A DNA stretch of 53,222 bases, filler included, from Bipalium vagum (taxonomy: Eukaryota), in the NCBI GenBank assembly GCA_037834085.1. It is 3 parts of 3 records of this genome, joined end to end, with 100 filler letters (N's around TTAATTAATTAA, not from the genome) between each part and the next. Parts side by side here need not be neighbours in the genome. Positions count along the whole stretch, not along the records: positions 17,945 to 36,403 come from JBBMKC010028696.1; positions 36,504 to 53,222 come from JBBMKC010096860.1; 1 more part is not named here. One strand, written 5' to 3'. The notes under the pieces were generated by a model. The model made no database searches, was not told where the DNA came from, and saw only the letters and a list, made by a program, of their open reading frames with translations. Made by a program: the position numbers and the translations under genes. This document shows positions 27,101-40,315 of the stretch, piece by piece (the first letter of the stretch is position 1; each line of letters begins with the position of its first letter).

Positions 27101-27620
27101 TATTAACCAGCAAAGACAACTTTAAAGGGAAATCCAAATTGATGAGATGCATCGATAGTAAAATGCACTTTTCATTAAAAATGCTCTGAGCCTTCGCAAT
27201 ATCTTCATTTTGTGCAACTTTTATTTGTGTGAGGATTGGTGGAGAGCAAAATCTGTTATTGGGAATTGTTATCAGATGTTCCTTGGAGTTGTGATTATTG
27301 CACATTGCTGTTGGAAGATTGATGAAGAAAATCATTCTGGTTTTATGAAACACGATACCCACATTAATACTATTGTTATATTGAACAGTCCCCTTGCACC
27401 CTCTCCGTGCAATCATATTCTTGGTTGAAAAATGTTTAAAGCTAACGAAATTGGACAAATATTGTATACATATCGGTTGAAGATAAGAGATTCCATCATC
27501 AAAGAGGATATTATTGACCAAAAATGGTCTCAATTTGTCAAAGCAGCACTTCTGAGACGTTTGACATTCCGACTTCCTTTGACACTTGTTTGCCAGATCG
27601 AGAAATTGTTTATTGGTCAT
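24108..27620 (-). CDS. Class B (7tm_2; Methuselah/adhesion-like) GPCR with long Cys-rich ectodomain; exons ~27620-25570 and 24390-24108; 5' end uncertain
   Basis: The 696-aa ORF has a Cys-rich N-terminus and five TM helices (LSIIGLMITILTYSLHSVLRTLPG; C...HFSLLSWLGWM; YG...CW). Donor AG|GTACTT (25569) and acceptor ttttgcag (24391) join in phase 2 to the 24108-24386 ORF, which supplies TM6 and TM7 (KLSLLSGLT; LNSGLGVLIGIFF). Confidence 0.8.
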
Positions 27621-29552
27621 GTTCAGCTGAACTAAATCAGAAATGATAATGATAATTTTTAAATAAAAATATTATTATCAAACTGTAACTGAATGTGACA
27701 GGTCTCTGTATAAAAGGAATTTCTCAAGTCGCTACAGAGAAAATATCAAAATAAAACTTTGGGTCCCCATGAGAATAGGACAATAACGTAGAGTTTTGAT
27801 TAATAGGAGGAGGTAGGAAAAGGAGTTTAAAGAAAAAAACAGTTGATAAAATCTGCAGCTGTAGGAATGTGAAATATACATGTAAAAATATTGAATGTGA
27901 CATTAAAAGTGATATGAAAAGATTTAATTTAATAAATTCTGAATGAAAACAGGATTAAGCGTAAATGCATTTCTTCCTCGAAGGAATGCAATCTTCAGAG
28001 CGTATTTCATTACATTTGGAAACCGTGAAAAACGTCCGGGTCTAATGAAGCCTAAGAAAGTTATTTTCCATTATTTTTATTTTATAATAATAACATTTTT
28101 ATTTTTACACTGTTCGGGTTCAGTGTTTTTTCTGAGATGACAAACCTTTTATTATGAAAATCGACACACTAATCACAAAATGTATACTTTCAATAGATTA
28201 CAAGTCTGATTTTTCAGATAATCTTTATCTAAGGGTTTTGGTGTTCATGCAAATTTATAATAATCAATATTTATTAAAAATCAATTAAATTTATTTACCA
28301 GTATCATTTACGAATGTCTTACATGATTGCATTTTTGAGTTAATTTAAGTGAAAAGGTACATCGACGATGCATCAATGACACATCTGTTACATCTGTAGA
28401 GAATAAGTTTTCACTCATTGTAGGATGAGTATCACATCAGCTACAGAACATATTACAAATTGAAATTAGACGACTATCATTATTCTTTTGCTCCTCATAT
28501 TGTAAATATTAGAATTTTATTCAGTAGCCAGCTTTGAATTGATTTCTTCACTCAATATCTGAAGAATTGTTCAAGGAAATTAGGACTTTAAAGTCAATTT
28601 ATGAATACGAAGTGTTAGCAAAAATCCCAAATAATATTAAAAAGTTCATTATATTAGGGAAAATGTAACCTTTGGTTTATCTCTTTCCAGGTGACTCTGT
28701 ATGTCTGAGAGATCTTTATTATATACCGTGTTTCTCCTTTTACCTGAATATAGGCCATTACACGCAATTTAAAAAGTTTTGCAATACAAGCTATTATGGG
28801 AATATAAGCCAGTGCACAGTATTTTATTGTAAATATAGTAAAAATAAATAAATTTATTTATTTATTTTGATTAAAATAAATTACAGAAAAAATGACCTCT
28901 TAAAATAATAATTTACATATTAATATTAATATAATATTATTTATATTAATAATAATGTGATAAATACTATAAATTATAAATTTATTATTAAATAATATTT
29001 TTCATAAATAATAAAAGTAATACTCAAATATTTCATCAATTCTGAATATTTGCAAGTCAAAGTCTCAGTCCAATTTCGGTGTACTAAAGAATAAAAATAA
29101 AATTTAGTAGACTTTTTGGTAAATTATAATAAAACTATTATAAGCGAAATATTTTACATGTGAGCATCCACAAAAGGGTTATAACCAAATGTAAATTCAT
29201 TTCCCACGGAGGTCGGAGTGCCAATTGTTTTAATAAATTATGTTTAATGTCTTCGGATATGTGAATTTATATTTCATTTTAACCATTCTAATTTGTACAT
29301 TTCGTTATTAATTTTGTAACTGGTTCTCGTTGCTCAGCAAATAGGAGTAATATGCAAATATATTCAGTGCTCCTGCTTAACATTAAAAGGTTTCATAAAA
29401 ATTCAGGTTTTTATGATAAATTTATTTATATTAAAGCCCTGAAAAAATGATTTATTGACTATTGAAAAAAACATTGGAAAACGAAAACATAACAAAAGAT
29501 AGAGTTACAAATGATGGTATTTGCTTCAGGATGTGGGGATAAAGTAAAATAC

Positions 29553-29571
29553 AATAATAATAATAATAATG

Positions 29572-29608
<37 letters not shown>

Positions 29609-29638
29609 TAATAATAATAATAATAATAGTAATAATAA
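29553..29638. repeat. (AAT)n microsatellite
   Basis: AAT run with occasional GAT/AGT. Confidence 0.95.
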
Positions 29639-29699
29639 AATATATAAAAAAGTTTTAAATATTTCTAAAAGTATTTATTCTTATTTTATAAATTGATGT

Positions 29700-30480
29700 G
29701 GATGGTAACCATCATCAAAAATGTAATAATATTGTTTTTATAAGTAAATGAAATATAGTTTTCTTCTGTACGAGAATTAATATTTTTAAAATCATATTTT
29801 TAGAGTATTTCTCTCAAAATTACATAAAAATCATATCCAGATCCATTATGAATGAATATTATTTTTCTATCGATTTATCATTTACATTGCATTTATTGTA
29901 AACAATAATGTATTTTCCCTTTTAGTGATTATGATTCACATTTTCTTCTCATTTTGACTCAATTACTTTTTTACAATAAGTACATTTATTATTAAAATTA
30001 TTAATTATAATTAGAAATTTTATTAAGAATTATTAAAAATAATTTTATCTTGTTCTGTCATTTAAAATTCTTCATTTTTATTAAATATTTCTTAATTTAT
30101 TATTAATTTTTTCTAATTTAATTAAACATTTATCGATTCTTTTTTTTCCACAAATTTCTGAATTTATTTAATATCAATCCAGACTGGAATGAATTTCTTT
30201 TTTACTATTATTAATTACGTACATTATTATGGTAAAATTCAATATCAGAATAGATTACAAATGGTTTTTTTATATTTATGATAATCTTCGTGTGAATATG
30301 TTGCTTTACCTTTTTAAGTTTTTTTTCAAAAATCTCTTTTTGTTTACCAATTTTTCTAATGTATAATGATTTAAACAAAAATATTACTAAGATTAATATT
30401 TGAAAACATTTTTCACACATTTTATAAATTAAAAACTTATATTAAGATTATTTGATACAATAATTATTGAATTGCACATG
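29700..30480 (-). mobile_element. Polinton/Maverick-like DNA polymerase-region remnant
   Basis: CEKCFQI, KPFVIYSDIE, CTYCKK...VNHNH*KGKY...CN (endonuclease VII-like) and IFIHNGSGYD; many stops. Confidence 0.55.
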
Positions 30481-30717
30481 TTAAAAAATAATTCAATATG
30501 TGCAGCCAGTACGATGAAATTATAAACCTAACGACTAGAGATTAAATATGGTGTATTCAATAATGGTACTCAACTATGCGACATGATAAAATATGTTGAT
30601 ATGAGCAGGTTTTTTATTATTTCATATATACATTTATAGGTCAGTTTTTATCGAATTTTAATTTTTTTTAAAAGGGAATATAAAAAAATATTTTGATAAA
30701 AATAAAATTTTTTTAAA

Positions 30718-31240
30718 GTGATGCGCTGTCACTTCTCTGAGGAATCAATGATGCAAGCGTTGCAAAACTGTTTTCCAAACATTTCATTGTGTACAGAGCG
30801 TCACAATGCTTGTCTAAAGAAAATTGCAGATGCACTTTGTAGTCCTGACATTATTGTGGTCATGAACAAGAAATGTGAGCTCTTGAAAGATTGCAACGAG
30901 CGTGTTGATCTTTTGATCACACATGTTGTGAAAAAATTTATATTTCTCATTGATATCAAATGTCCGATGGATATCCTGGAAAATTTCAGGAATTCAGATG
31001 AGGACAACTTAGATAATATGCAGATCTTCGTAATCGACTTCAGGCGTTGAAGCCTGATTATAAAGTTGTACTGCATACATGCATAATTGGGTCCCTAGGG
31101 GCGGTACAGCATAAAACAATTGATCTATTGGAGAAAATCATAGTATGGAAGTAAAAAATTGGTTCAAGGAATGTTCAGCATCAAATATTAAATACTCGAC
31201 AAAGATTTGGCAGTATCATGTTACAGGAATCCTGAGATCT
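30718..31240 (+). mobile_element. 3' end of RLE-type non-LTR retrotransposon (R2/R4/NeSL-like)
   Basis: C..E......C, RHN, RVDL, LIDIKCP, then IIGSLG in a shifted frame: zinc knuckle plus restriction-like endonuclease signature. Confidence 0.7.
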
Positions 31241-32420
31241 ACTTAGAACTATGATATTTCCCGATGTCGACAAAGCTGGGCGAAGAAGGCTACAGCAATA
31301 TTCTACTAAAGCCGATGACCTTAGTGTAGTTGGCAAGGATCCACACAGATCCTCCGTATTTTGAAGAAAAAACCTCCACATTATTTTTATTAAATAAATT
31401 ATACAGACTCCGATTGGTAAGAAATTCACTGAAAGTGTCAAAAATTAAGACATGTAAGAAAATCAGGTCAGTGTTAAAAAAAATAACAAGGGATATTTTG
31501 ATGATTGTTGATAAAACATATTTTATGTTGACAAAGTTCGAAACAGTAGTAGCATTATCTCTTATGGATTACAAATCGAAAGTTGTTAATAATGTTAATA
31601 TGGTGCCAATGAGACATCCTATCACGGAGCGTTCTTTACCAAAGATATTTTAAAGTTATTCCTCAACATGACAGATATAAGCACTTAGACAATTTGAAAG
31701 GGGAAGATAGAAGACCTCATTGAAACAACAAATTGAATTTCACAAAATTATCAGGCCAATAAATGCTTTTAAGAGCTACAGAGACACCGTAGAACCCTTT
31801 TCTATTAAAGCAAAAGGAGATAAAGTTTCAGATATGAGGCGTGATATATGTCGAAGCCTGAAAAAAACATTCTATATAAAATATTTGACCCCTGAAAGTA
31901 GGGTGTTAAAAGAAAATCCGCGGAACAGTTTTTCTTGATAATTTAACAAATGGTTGTAATTTCAAGAACAGACCTCTCCCTAATTGTCGGGATATTATTA
32001 AAAATTATTTATTTATTTATTTAAATTGACATTTTAAAGATATATTTTAAAGTTTTTTAAAAATATTTTGATTAAAGTTTGTCAAAAAAATAATTTGTTT
32101 AAACTGATGAAAATATTAAAATATGTTCTCAACGAAATAACCATTGGTATTCGTTGTGCTTTACATGCATCCGGTTGTGGTCCGAAACGGGGATAACCTG
32201 GAAATCACTGATCACAGTCGTAGTATTAAGGATTTAGGTTGAGTTGGAGGTCGTCTCGCTGTGTGATGAACCCTACAGAATAAGTATGAGGACTGCTGGG
32301 TTTCATTGTCTATGCTGTTTCTAGTAACCTTTACTCTTCTCTGAATCTTAAAGAGTGAATCTATTAAAAAGCAACAATAGGGTACTGTAATTCACAAGTG
32401 GGTTACTACGAAGTTACCGT

Positions 32421-32556
32421 NNNNNNNNNNNNNNNNNNNNNNNNNNNNNNNNNNNNNNNNNNNNNNNNNNNNNNNNNNNNNNNNNNNNNNNNNNNNNNNN
32501 NNNNNNNNNNNNNNNNNNNNNNNNNNNNNNNNNNNNNNNNNNNNNNNNNNNNNNNN
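32421..32556. other. Assembly gap (136 N)
   Basis: N run with no linker motif. Confidence 0.95.
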
Positions 32557-32700
32557 TCATATTGATATTATTGATTAACATTTATTAATAATATTTATAG
32601 TTTATTATTATATCTTATTTTTTTATTAAATAATTATTAATATTAATATTAATATTAATTATTAATATAATTTCTAATGTATATATATATATATATATAG

Positions 32701-34239
32701 AGGGATCACAGAAAAACAAATCAAGTCGGTTCAACATTCACTATTGATTGGACCAGTCAAACAACAACTATTGGATTGGTGGCGGGTATACCGTACCCTG
32801 ACATGTTGGAAGAGATCGAAGAATTTGATGATGAATATTTACCGCTTCCTGACAAGTTGCCAGAGCGAAGCAAAGAAGAAATGGAAACGTTATTGTTCAC
32901 AATGAAACGTGATTCACAAATCCGCGAATGGCAAGAAGTAAAGCAATTGGAGCGCGAAAAAGTGAAGCTGGAGCATCAAGTGCGATCAATGCAGAGACGA
33001 ATGCAACGTGTAAACAGTCGCAATCCATTCGATGGCAGCGGCAAGGGTTCTGTAATGGCATTGGCATTGGGTAGTCAGTGCAACAAATCGCCACTGGAAA
33101 ACGAAAATTCTTTCACAAATGAAGTGCCCGGTGGTGGCGAAGGTTGTAATGGTTATGGTTCCACAAATGATGAAAAAAGTGATTCTATTTTGCTTTTGAT
33201 TATTATTATTGATTTAATTTTTATCGATTTAGCAATGAAGATGTTTCATTTACAATTGTCGTGCTTCAATGATAGATTAATGGAACAAATCAATAGTGTG
33301 AAAAACAATGTTGATAAATCATCAACCAAGTCCCTGTCTCAACACAGCCACTTTCATTCATCTTCTGCATTTTTATTGAACAAAGTAGATTTACCGCTGT
33401 CGTATCGTTTGCAAAATGAAGATTCTTCGGATGATATGCAGGCCCCTCGTGATTCCGGTGTTAATCCATTTTCAACGATCGATATCAAACCAGATATCAT
33501 CATGGGTTGTTCCCTGTCAAATACCACTGGTGCCAGTGGAATCATAAATACCGATCTTGGTACAAGCCCCGGTACCAATGCTTCTGCTGTTGCTCCGATT
33601 TCGACCACGACGATGACTACCACTCATAACCATCACCATCACCATCATCAGAAATTTCCAAGGAAACACGATAATGAGAAATCAACGTCATCCAGTGTTT
33701 CAAAATCGCAATTGGAACCTATTTGTTGTGAAAGCACCATATCTTTCGATGGAAGAAGTTACGTTAATTTCTCATCCTCTTCCTCGTCACCGACTTCACC
33801 ATCTCCATGTGTTGTGTCCTCTTCCTTCTCTAATTCATCTACCACCAACATCACCACAGTAGTTACCATCCAAAGCGCTGTCTGCGTCGCTAATCACTCG
33901 CCTTTGGAAACAGATGCTTTGGTTTTGAGCAGTAGTCATCAGAAAAAATTTGAAAATTCTCCTCCCCTTCCCCATACTGATACTATTCCAATATCTCCGA
34001 CCCCGTCTCAACAGTTCTCAACGATCAATAATAGCACCGTCATTCACAGCAACAGTAACATAGTCATTTCAACTGCGACGACTCCTGCTTCGTCTCTCGC
34101 AACAATATCGTCATCAACCGGTTCCTCTTCCGATATCACATCGTTGTCAGTATCATCATCATTGTCGTCGTCTTCTTCATCTTACGTCCCAAATTTAAAA
34201 TCGTCTGTTTATCCAAAAATGACTCCAGCTTTCATGTAA
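32701..34239 (+). CDS. 3' exons of an unidentified protein (coiled coil, poly-His, long Ser/Thr-rich tail); 5' part probably in or beyond the N gap
   Basis: Frame open from the AG acceptor at 32699-32700 to TAA at 34239, GC above background, predicted coiled coil (IREWQEVKQLEREKVKLEHQVRSMQRRMQR). Probable in-frame 54-nt intron at 33179-33232. Confidence 0.7.
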   Translation, partial: RDHRKTNQVGSTFTIDWTSQTTTIGLVAGIPYPDMLEEIEEFDDEYLPLPDKLPERSKEEMETLLFTMKRDSQIREWQEVKQLEREKVKLEHQVRSMQRRMQRVNSRNPFDGSGKGSVMALALGSQCNKSPLENENSFTNEVPGGGEGCNGYGSTNDEKSDSILLLIIIIDLIFIDLAMKMFHLQLSCFNDRLMEQINSVKNNVDKSSTKSLSQHSHFHSSSAFLLNKVDLPLSYRLQNEDSSDDMQAPRDSGVNPFSTIDIKPDIIMGCSLSNTTGASGIINTDLGTSPGTNASAVAPISTTTMTTTHNHHHHHHQKFPRKHDNEKSTSSSVSKSQLEPICCESTISFDGRSYVNFSSSSSSPTSPSPCVVSSSFSNSSTTNITTVVTIQSAVCVANHSPLETDALVLSSSHQKKFENSPPLPHTDTIPISPTPSQQFSTINNSTVIHSNSNIVISTATTPASSLATISSSTGSSSDITSLSVSSSLSSSSSSYVPNLKSSVYPKMTPAFM

Positions 34240-35650
34240 ATATTGATGATCTTGTAAATAGAATTATCTGATATCGATTCTTCCTTTTTCACCAATAGAT
34301 TGATTATTATTTTATTATTTTTATTATTATTATCATCATTTATTATTATTGTTTCTGGTGTTGATATTGATTAGATATATACAGCACTAGGAAATGATGA
34401 TAATGATGATAATAATAATTAATAATAAACATTTGTAAACATTGGTTTTTTGTAATATGTAAGAAAAGGAGTATCATTGTTGTTGTTATCGTCTGTTTGA
34501 ATTGGATGATCTTTTGTAACATTGTATCCACAGTCGAATGTTGAATGAGACATTGATTAAGTCATTATTTGATATTATTAGAACTATTTTGATAACATTT
34601 CATGAAAAAGAAATATCATGCAACTGTAAAATATATCATATGTGTTATAGCTGGTGGCAAAGGAGACGGAGCTAGAGACGTGTCATTACTCTCATCATTT
34701 GTGCATTTTTGTGATGATATCTATATATATCTATATACATAAATTTATACATATTTATTAAATGATATTTAGTATAACATAATTGCGTTCATGTGATGTT
34801 GATTTTAAAGATTAATCTCGATATATAATGTATAAATAATAATAATAATAATAAATAATAATAAACTTTAACAGTATTTTGAATTGAAGCAACACAGCTA
34901 TGTTGTTTCTGCTTTTATTTAGTCGATCTGAATAAATGTTGTACATTGTTTCTTTGACATATAATTGTTTAAATTAGATTAATTTAACTAATATATTGTT
35001 AAAATTCCAACAATTACGAGTGACAATAAATTATTCGTCAATTAATGACCAATTGTTTTAATTAAATTATTTTTTTTGATAGATTGATAGGATTATTTTC
35101 TTTATTAAGAATTGTTCGGATTTTTGGATTAATTCGTAATTAAAATTCCGTAATAGATGTGGTTTAGTTTTATTTATTTAAAGGTTGTGAAGCAGTTTAA
35201 AATGATGAAAAACAATATTAGAAATGACTAGTTTTTGTTTGTCAAATTTTTATGTAAAAATTTACAGTATAATTTCATAAAAGTTGCTTTTCGATTCATA
35301 AAATTTACATGGAAACAGATATATGCAATTATCGGTGAAGTTTTTGTTAATTAACTTTAATTATTTCGAATGGAAATGAAAAATTACACAACTTTTTTTG
35401 GTGCGAATTTCAAGTCGAAACAGTTAATTTAAGATATGACAGTTTACAGTCTATAAATATCAAGATCCATAACTTGAAAGAAAATTTGCTTTTCAATCAC
35501 GCCAGCACTTGTGGAAAAGTCTGTCGATGTACTGTATATACTTAGTCTTAGAGAAGACAGAAACAAGTCAGTAAATAATTGCTAATGAATGGAAACTAAT
35601 AGGTTTAATTATTATTGCAACGTTCGCCAAACTGTTCTGGTCTACTACAA

Positions 35651-35824
35651 ATAAAATAATTCTTTAATGATTTTACGTATTTTGTGTACTTACTGTACGG
35701 AAATATAATTTGTGAATGATTGTGTTAAATTCTATAAATTAACGGAGGAATATTATCATTCACAAATTATATTTCCGTACAGTAAGTACACAAACTACGT
35801 AAAATCGTTAAAGAATTATTTTAT
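35651..35824. repeat. Long inverted repeat (70-bp arms, 34-bp spacer)
   Basis: 35651-35720 is the reverse complement of 35755-35824 with two mismatches by manual alignment. Confidence 0.9.
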
Positions 35825-36403
35825 GAGATCTCCAAAACAGCATTATGTATTCTGTTGACCAATTCATGTTTAACTTTAAATTGGTAGTTATCATACGCAA
35901 TGCCTGAAATCATTTTCCATAATATTCAAATCTGGAGATCAGAACCTGAAAAGTTTGTGAACTGAAATTTGTCAACGATAGAAAGAGAAAACACATAGGG
36001 AAACCACAGCAAATGGAAGGAGTGGAATGTGACCGAGCCAGAGCCACGAAAAAGACGAAGAAGATTTGAAAGAAGAACCAAAAACAATGATAAACAATGA
36101 TAAACAATGATTAATCAATTTTTGAGTGATAATTACTTTGTGATAATATTGAATAAAGTTTTTCGTGAATATGAGTTAGTTGATCAAATTCGAGGGGTCG
36201 AATTTTTATAAATCAGGAGTGTTTGTTGGGTTTATCCAAGACACCCCCCGGAAAAAAAAATTTAAATAAGAAAACCGTAAATAGAGCATAAATATTAATA
36301 ATAATAATAAAAATAATATTAATAATTAAATTAACACTCGAAAAGTAATTTAAAAATTCCCAGAAATTTTATTTGGAAAATACTCAGAAAATAAAATAAC
36401 CCT

Positions 36404-36503
36404 NNNNNNNNNNNNNNNNNNNNNNNNNNNNNNNNNNNNNNNNNNNNTTAATTAATTAANNNNNNNNNNNNNNNNNNNNNNNNNNNNNNNNNNNNNNNNN
36501 NNN
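36404..36503. other. Artificial contig linker (N44-TTAATTAATTAA-N44)
   Basis: Identical to the linker at 17845. Confidence 0.95.

Positions 36504-36564
<61 letters not shown>
36504..36564. repeat. (TAT)n microsatellite at contig edge
   Basis: Pure TAT run directly after the N spacer. Confidence 0.95.
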
Positions 36565-36565
<1 letters not shown>

Positions 36566-37554
36566 GCAGTAGTAGTAGTATTAGACCTAAATCTATATAA
36601 TTTATATCTTTACAATTATATCTAATTAATTTTTTTCCGTGTTTATTGAAATTTGCACTTTAAAATTCTTGCAATAAAAAATATAGTGAGAGTTCAAACA
36701 AAAAATCTGTTTAGTTTTTCTTTGACATAAATCAACGTGATCTGATTTATTATAATGGGAGTTTTCGGAAATTTAGATTCATTTTCTCAACGTCAGTAGC
36801 AGTCAGAGAAATAATATTTTATTTGTTTGTTTATTTAATTTTAGGCGAGAGTAATTAGAACACATATTTATAAATTTTCCTTCTTTATCGAACCAAAATG
36901 ATATTAAATAATGTACGAAAACCATAAATATGTAAATTAACCAAAAAAATTGAATTTTTTAAGTAAAATTTTTAGAAAATTTTCTTCATCAGTTTTTTAT
37001 AGTGTACAGAAATTTATATTTTCGATCCCCGTATAAGGAGATTCAATAGTTTTTATTTTTACGTATTTTACTCAAACTATTTCTAATATTAATAAATTTA
37101 ATTATTAATAAATCTAATAAATTTCTAATAAACATTTTTAGTTCTCATGGAAATTATAATTTAAATAACTTATTTTTTTATTAAATATTATATTATCTTC
37201 ATTTTGCCTGAAATCTGACTGAATTGAATTGAAGAGTTTTTATTTTTATTTGTTTGGATAACTTTAAATTATTGGATGATACATAATGTTTTTTCGATTT
37301 ATTATTATAGATTATTATTATACTTTAGTATTAGTATTATACTTTATGAATATGACAGGAATATAATTTGTCAAAAAAATTATATCAGGTTGTTAAAGTG
37401 AAATTTAAAAATTTCGAATTTTTTGGATAAAAAGCTTGAATAAACAATGATTTTAGTATTAATATATATGATATATAGTTAAATAATTTGTATACTAGTG
37501 AATTACTTAAACAATCAATAATATTCATCAGTAGCTTTATTACTCATCCATAAA

Positions 37555-38530
37555 TAATTGACAACAACAATCTGTCAAAAGAAAATATCCCCATACTGTT
37601 GCTTCATCACTTCAAAATTAGTCAAAATGCAACGAAGACTTATGATCGAATTTGCAAAGCGTTTGGCAAAAATACATTCAATAGAAAGACCTGCTACAAT
37701 TGGTTCAAGAAATTCGAAGCTGGTGATATCTCACTTTAAGACAAACCACGTCCAGGTCGCGATCCAATAATTGATGATGAAGTTCTCCTGCAACCGATCT
37801 TCACTCGAACACCAGAGAATTAACTCAACAACTTGGATGTTCCCATACAACTGTGCCTCGTCAACTTCACCCTCTGAGCAAGGTAAACTAATTAGGCAAG
37901 TGGTTGCCTCATCAATTGACTTCTGCAAACAAAATGTGGCGGGTCACAATTTGCAATTCATCGCGGACCAAGCGCCACACATTCCACTGACTCAATTCAA
38001 TTGTCACTTGAGATGAGAAATGAGTCTTCCACTAAAATGTGACACACAAGCGACCGTGGGTGAGTTCAGGCGAATCAGCTGTTGCGATTCATAAAAGCTA
38101 GATGGTGCAGAGGAAGATAATGATCTGTGTTTGGTGGGATGTATGCGGAGTCATCATGATGGAATTGCTTCTACCAAATACCACTGTTACCATAGAATTC
38201 TACTATAAGGAATTGGATTATCTAAACATTAAAATGAAAGAACGTCGTCCACAAATTGACAAAGTTAGATACCCTCATGACAATGCCCCAGCACACAGAG
38301 CAAAGATGACTTCAGAAAACCTGGGAAGTTCTGCCTCATCCACCTTACTGTCCAGATTTGGTGCCAACTGACTATCATCTCTTTCGATCTTTGCAAAACC
38401 ATATTAGCATTATGAAGTTCAATGACAATAAACATATAAAAACTGAGCTTGAGGTTTTCTTCAAAGAAAAGCCACAGTCATTTTATACTCATGGAATTGA
38501 AAATCTATCTAGAAGACTAAACTGTAATGG
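37555..38530 (+). mobile_element. Decayed mariner element
   Basis: TCYNWFKKFEAG, RPGR, WLPHQL, VT*DEK*V, KIMICVWWD, HDNAPAH, LPHPPYCPDLVPTDYHLFRSLQN across frameshifts. Confidence 0.88.
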
Positions 38531-38779
38531 TTTTGTATTTTTTTTTCAATAAATTGTTATTTTGTAAAATGTCTACATTTCAATGTTACAATCTGATATA
38601 TCTCTAAACTAATAGATAAACTTTCATAATCAATAGCTGGAATAAATTATTACATTATTTTAATTTAAAATAATTTTCAAAATGGTGGATCAAGATGATT
38701 TTTTCTAGTTATTATGCTTTATTACCTTAAAAAAGAACACAAATTTGAATTATTGTTTACAAAAATTGTGCTCTTGATA

Positions 38780-39520
38780 TCACCAATTAAAGATGCACTT
38801 TGTTTGGACGGTCATCCAGAGTACAATAATAACAGAATCAATACAATAGTTGAAAGTAATCTACAGTAAGGAATATTATAATTATTTTAAATGTAGACTA
38901 TACCAAGATTAGGAAGACATTTCAAATCATTTGGATTGATAAATATGAACGAATTTACTTATTTAATCAAATGTATGCTTGAGTTTCTTTGGTGAATAGA
39001 AATAAAATGAAAAAGATATAAATTGAATGCTGTACAATAATATAAATAAAAGAGGCATTTGGAAAATAAAATGCGGCAGTACAATAACAGCTCCAAAATC
39101 AGAATTACACAAAAGAGTATCCCAAGTATGTCTTGTATTCAGTAGAGAACACAAAATATTCTTAAAGCTGCTCGTTACAGATGTTATGGTGTGAAAGCAT
39201 GTCTTGAAGAAATACATTTAAATTTGGAGAATAGAAATAAAGTGATATTTTACCAAGACAAAGCAAAGCCCTATTCTTCAAAAAATTACATTTCTATAGA
39301 AGAGATTTTCTTATATACTCCATATTATCTAAATTATTACTTTTGTAGATTGATGTATAACTATTTTTTAATGGAAAACATTTCAAGTCTTTTGAAAAAT
39401 GTAAAATCTCAATGTTTTAGTTTTTCGTACCAAAACCCTCAAAAATTACATGACCATAGAATTATGAAACTACCTTGAAGATGGCAGATAATTATTGGAA
39501 ACAATGTTCAATATATAACT
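38780..39520 (+). mobile_element. Very decayed mariner-like remnant
   Basis: KPELHKRV..VC, VIFYQDKAKP, KLP*RWQIIIGNN. Confidence 0.55.
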
Positions 39521-40315
39521 AATTTATTTTTTAATATAAAAAATAAAATTTGCATTTGAGTTTCGTATGTACTGATAAAACCTCATTCGGCACAAACTGA
39601 ATTTGTCTACCAGACCGATGTCATGTCAAAGCAAAAGGAAATCAATCTAACAAATTTGATATTTAACAAAATATAAAAATGACAAAGCTTACTTCCAATA
39701 AGACAAGAGAGGTAATTTTCAAAACGTCTCAAATAAATCACAATAAAAGATTAATATATTGAAGTCATAAATTGTATTTCTCTTTTTCTTTCGTTGTTTT
39801 CTTTTAAAAATTATTTTCAGAAGACTAATACTGTGATTTCAATATCTTCAGAATAAATATGATTTCCATTCTCGTCTGTTCAAAATACACGAAACAGAAT
39901 AAATAGATAATAAACTTGTCAAAATTTCTTGTTAATCTTTCTTACAAGTTAAAGTTTGTTTCCGCCCCTCTTTGTAAGTTCACTTTTCCATTATTTGACC
40001 TGACTTTTACAAACAATTTTAAAAGATTCAGGAAACAGGCTTTGTAAACTTCAAAATGAGAAATTACGATAAAAGATAAATATAAATTATTATCTATTTT
40101 ACTAATTATGAGCATAAATAACAAAGGAAGTAAAAGAATTTTAAGTGCTCTTAATACTATTTATTAAATAATTATTATTTTACTTTATTATTATTATTAT
40201 TATTGTTATTAATAATATTATTATTATCAATATAATCACAATTTTGTTTGTTTTTTTTTGTTGTAATAAACCAAAAATATTCATATTTTAATGGTTTATT
40301 ATTTATTTTGCGTAG

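Noticed and set aside
25801-27635. Plus-strand ORFs over the GPCR, including a signal-peptide-like 87-aa ORF
   Set aside because: Antisense shadows of the GPCR exon.
29511-29696. Poly-Asn ORF
   Set aside because: Translation of an AAT microsatellite.
32100-32150. CTGATGA...GAAA hammerhead candidate
   Set aside because: Stems I-III do not pair convincingly; expected by chance in AT-rich DNA.
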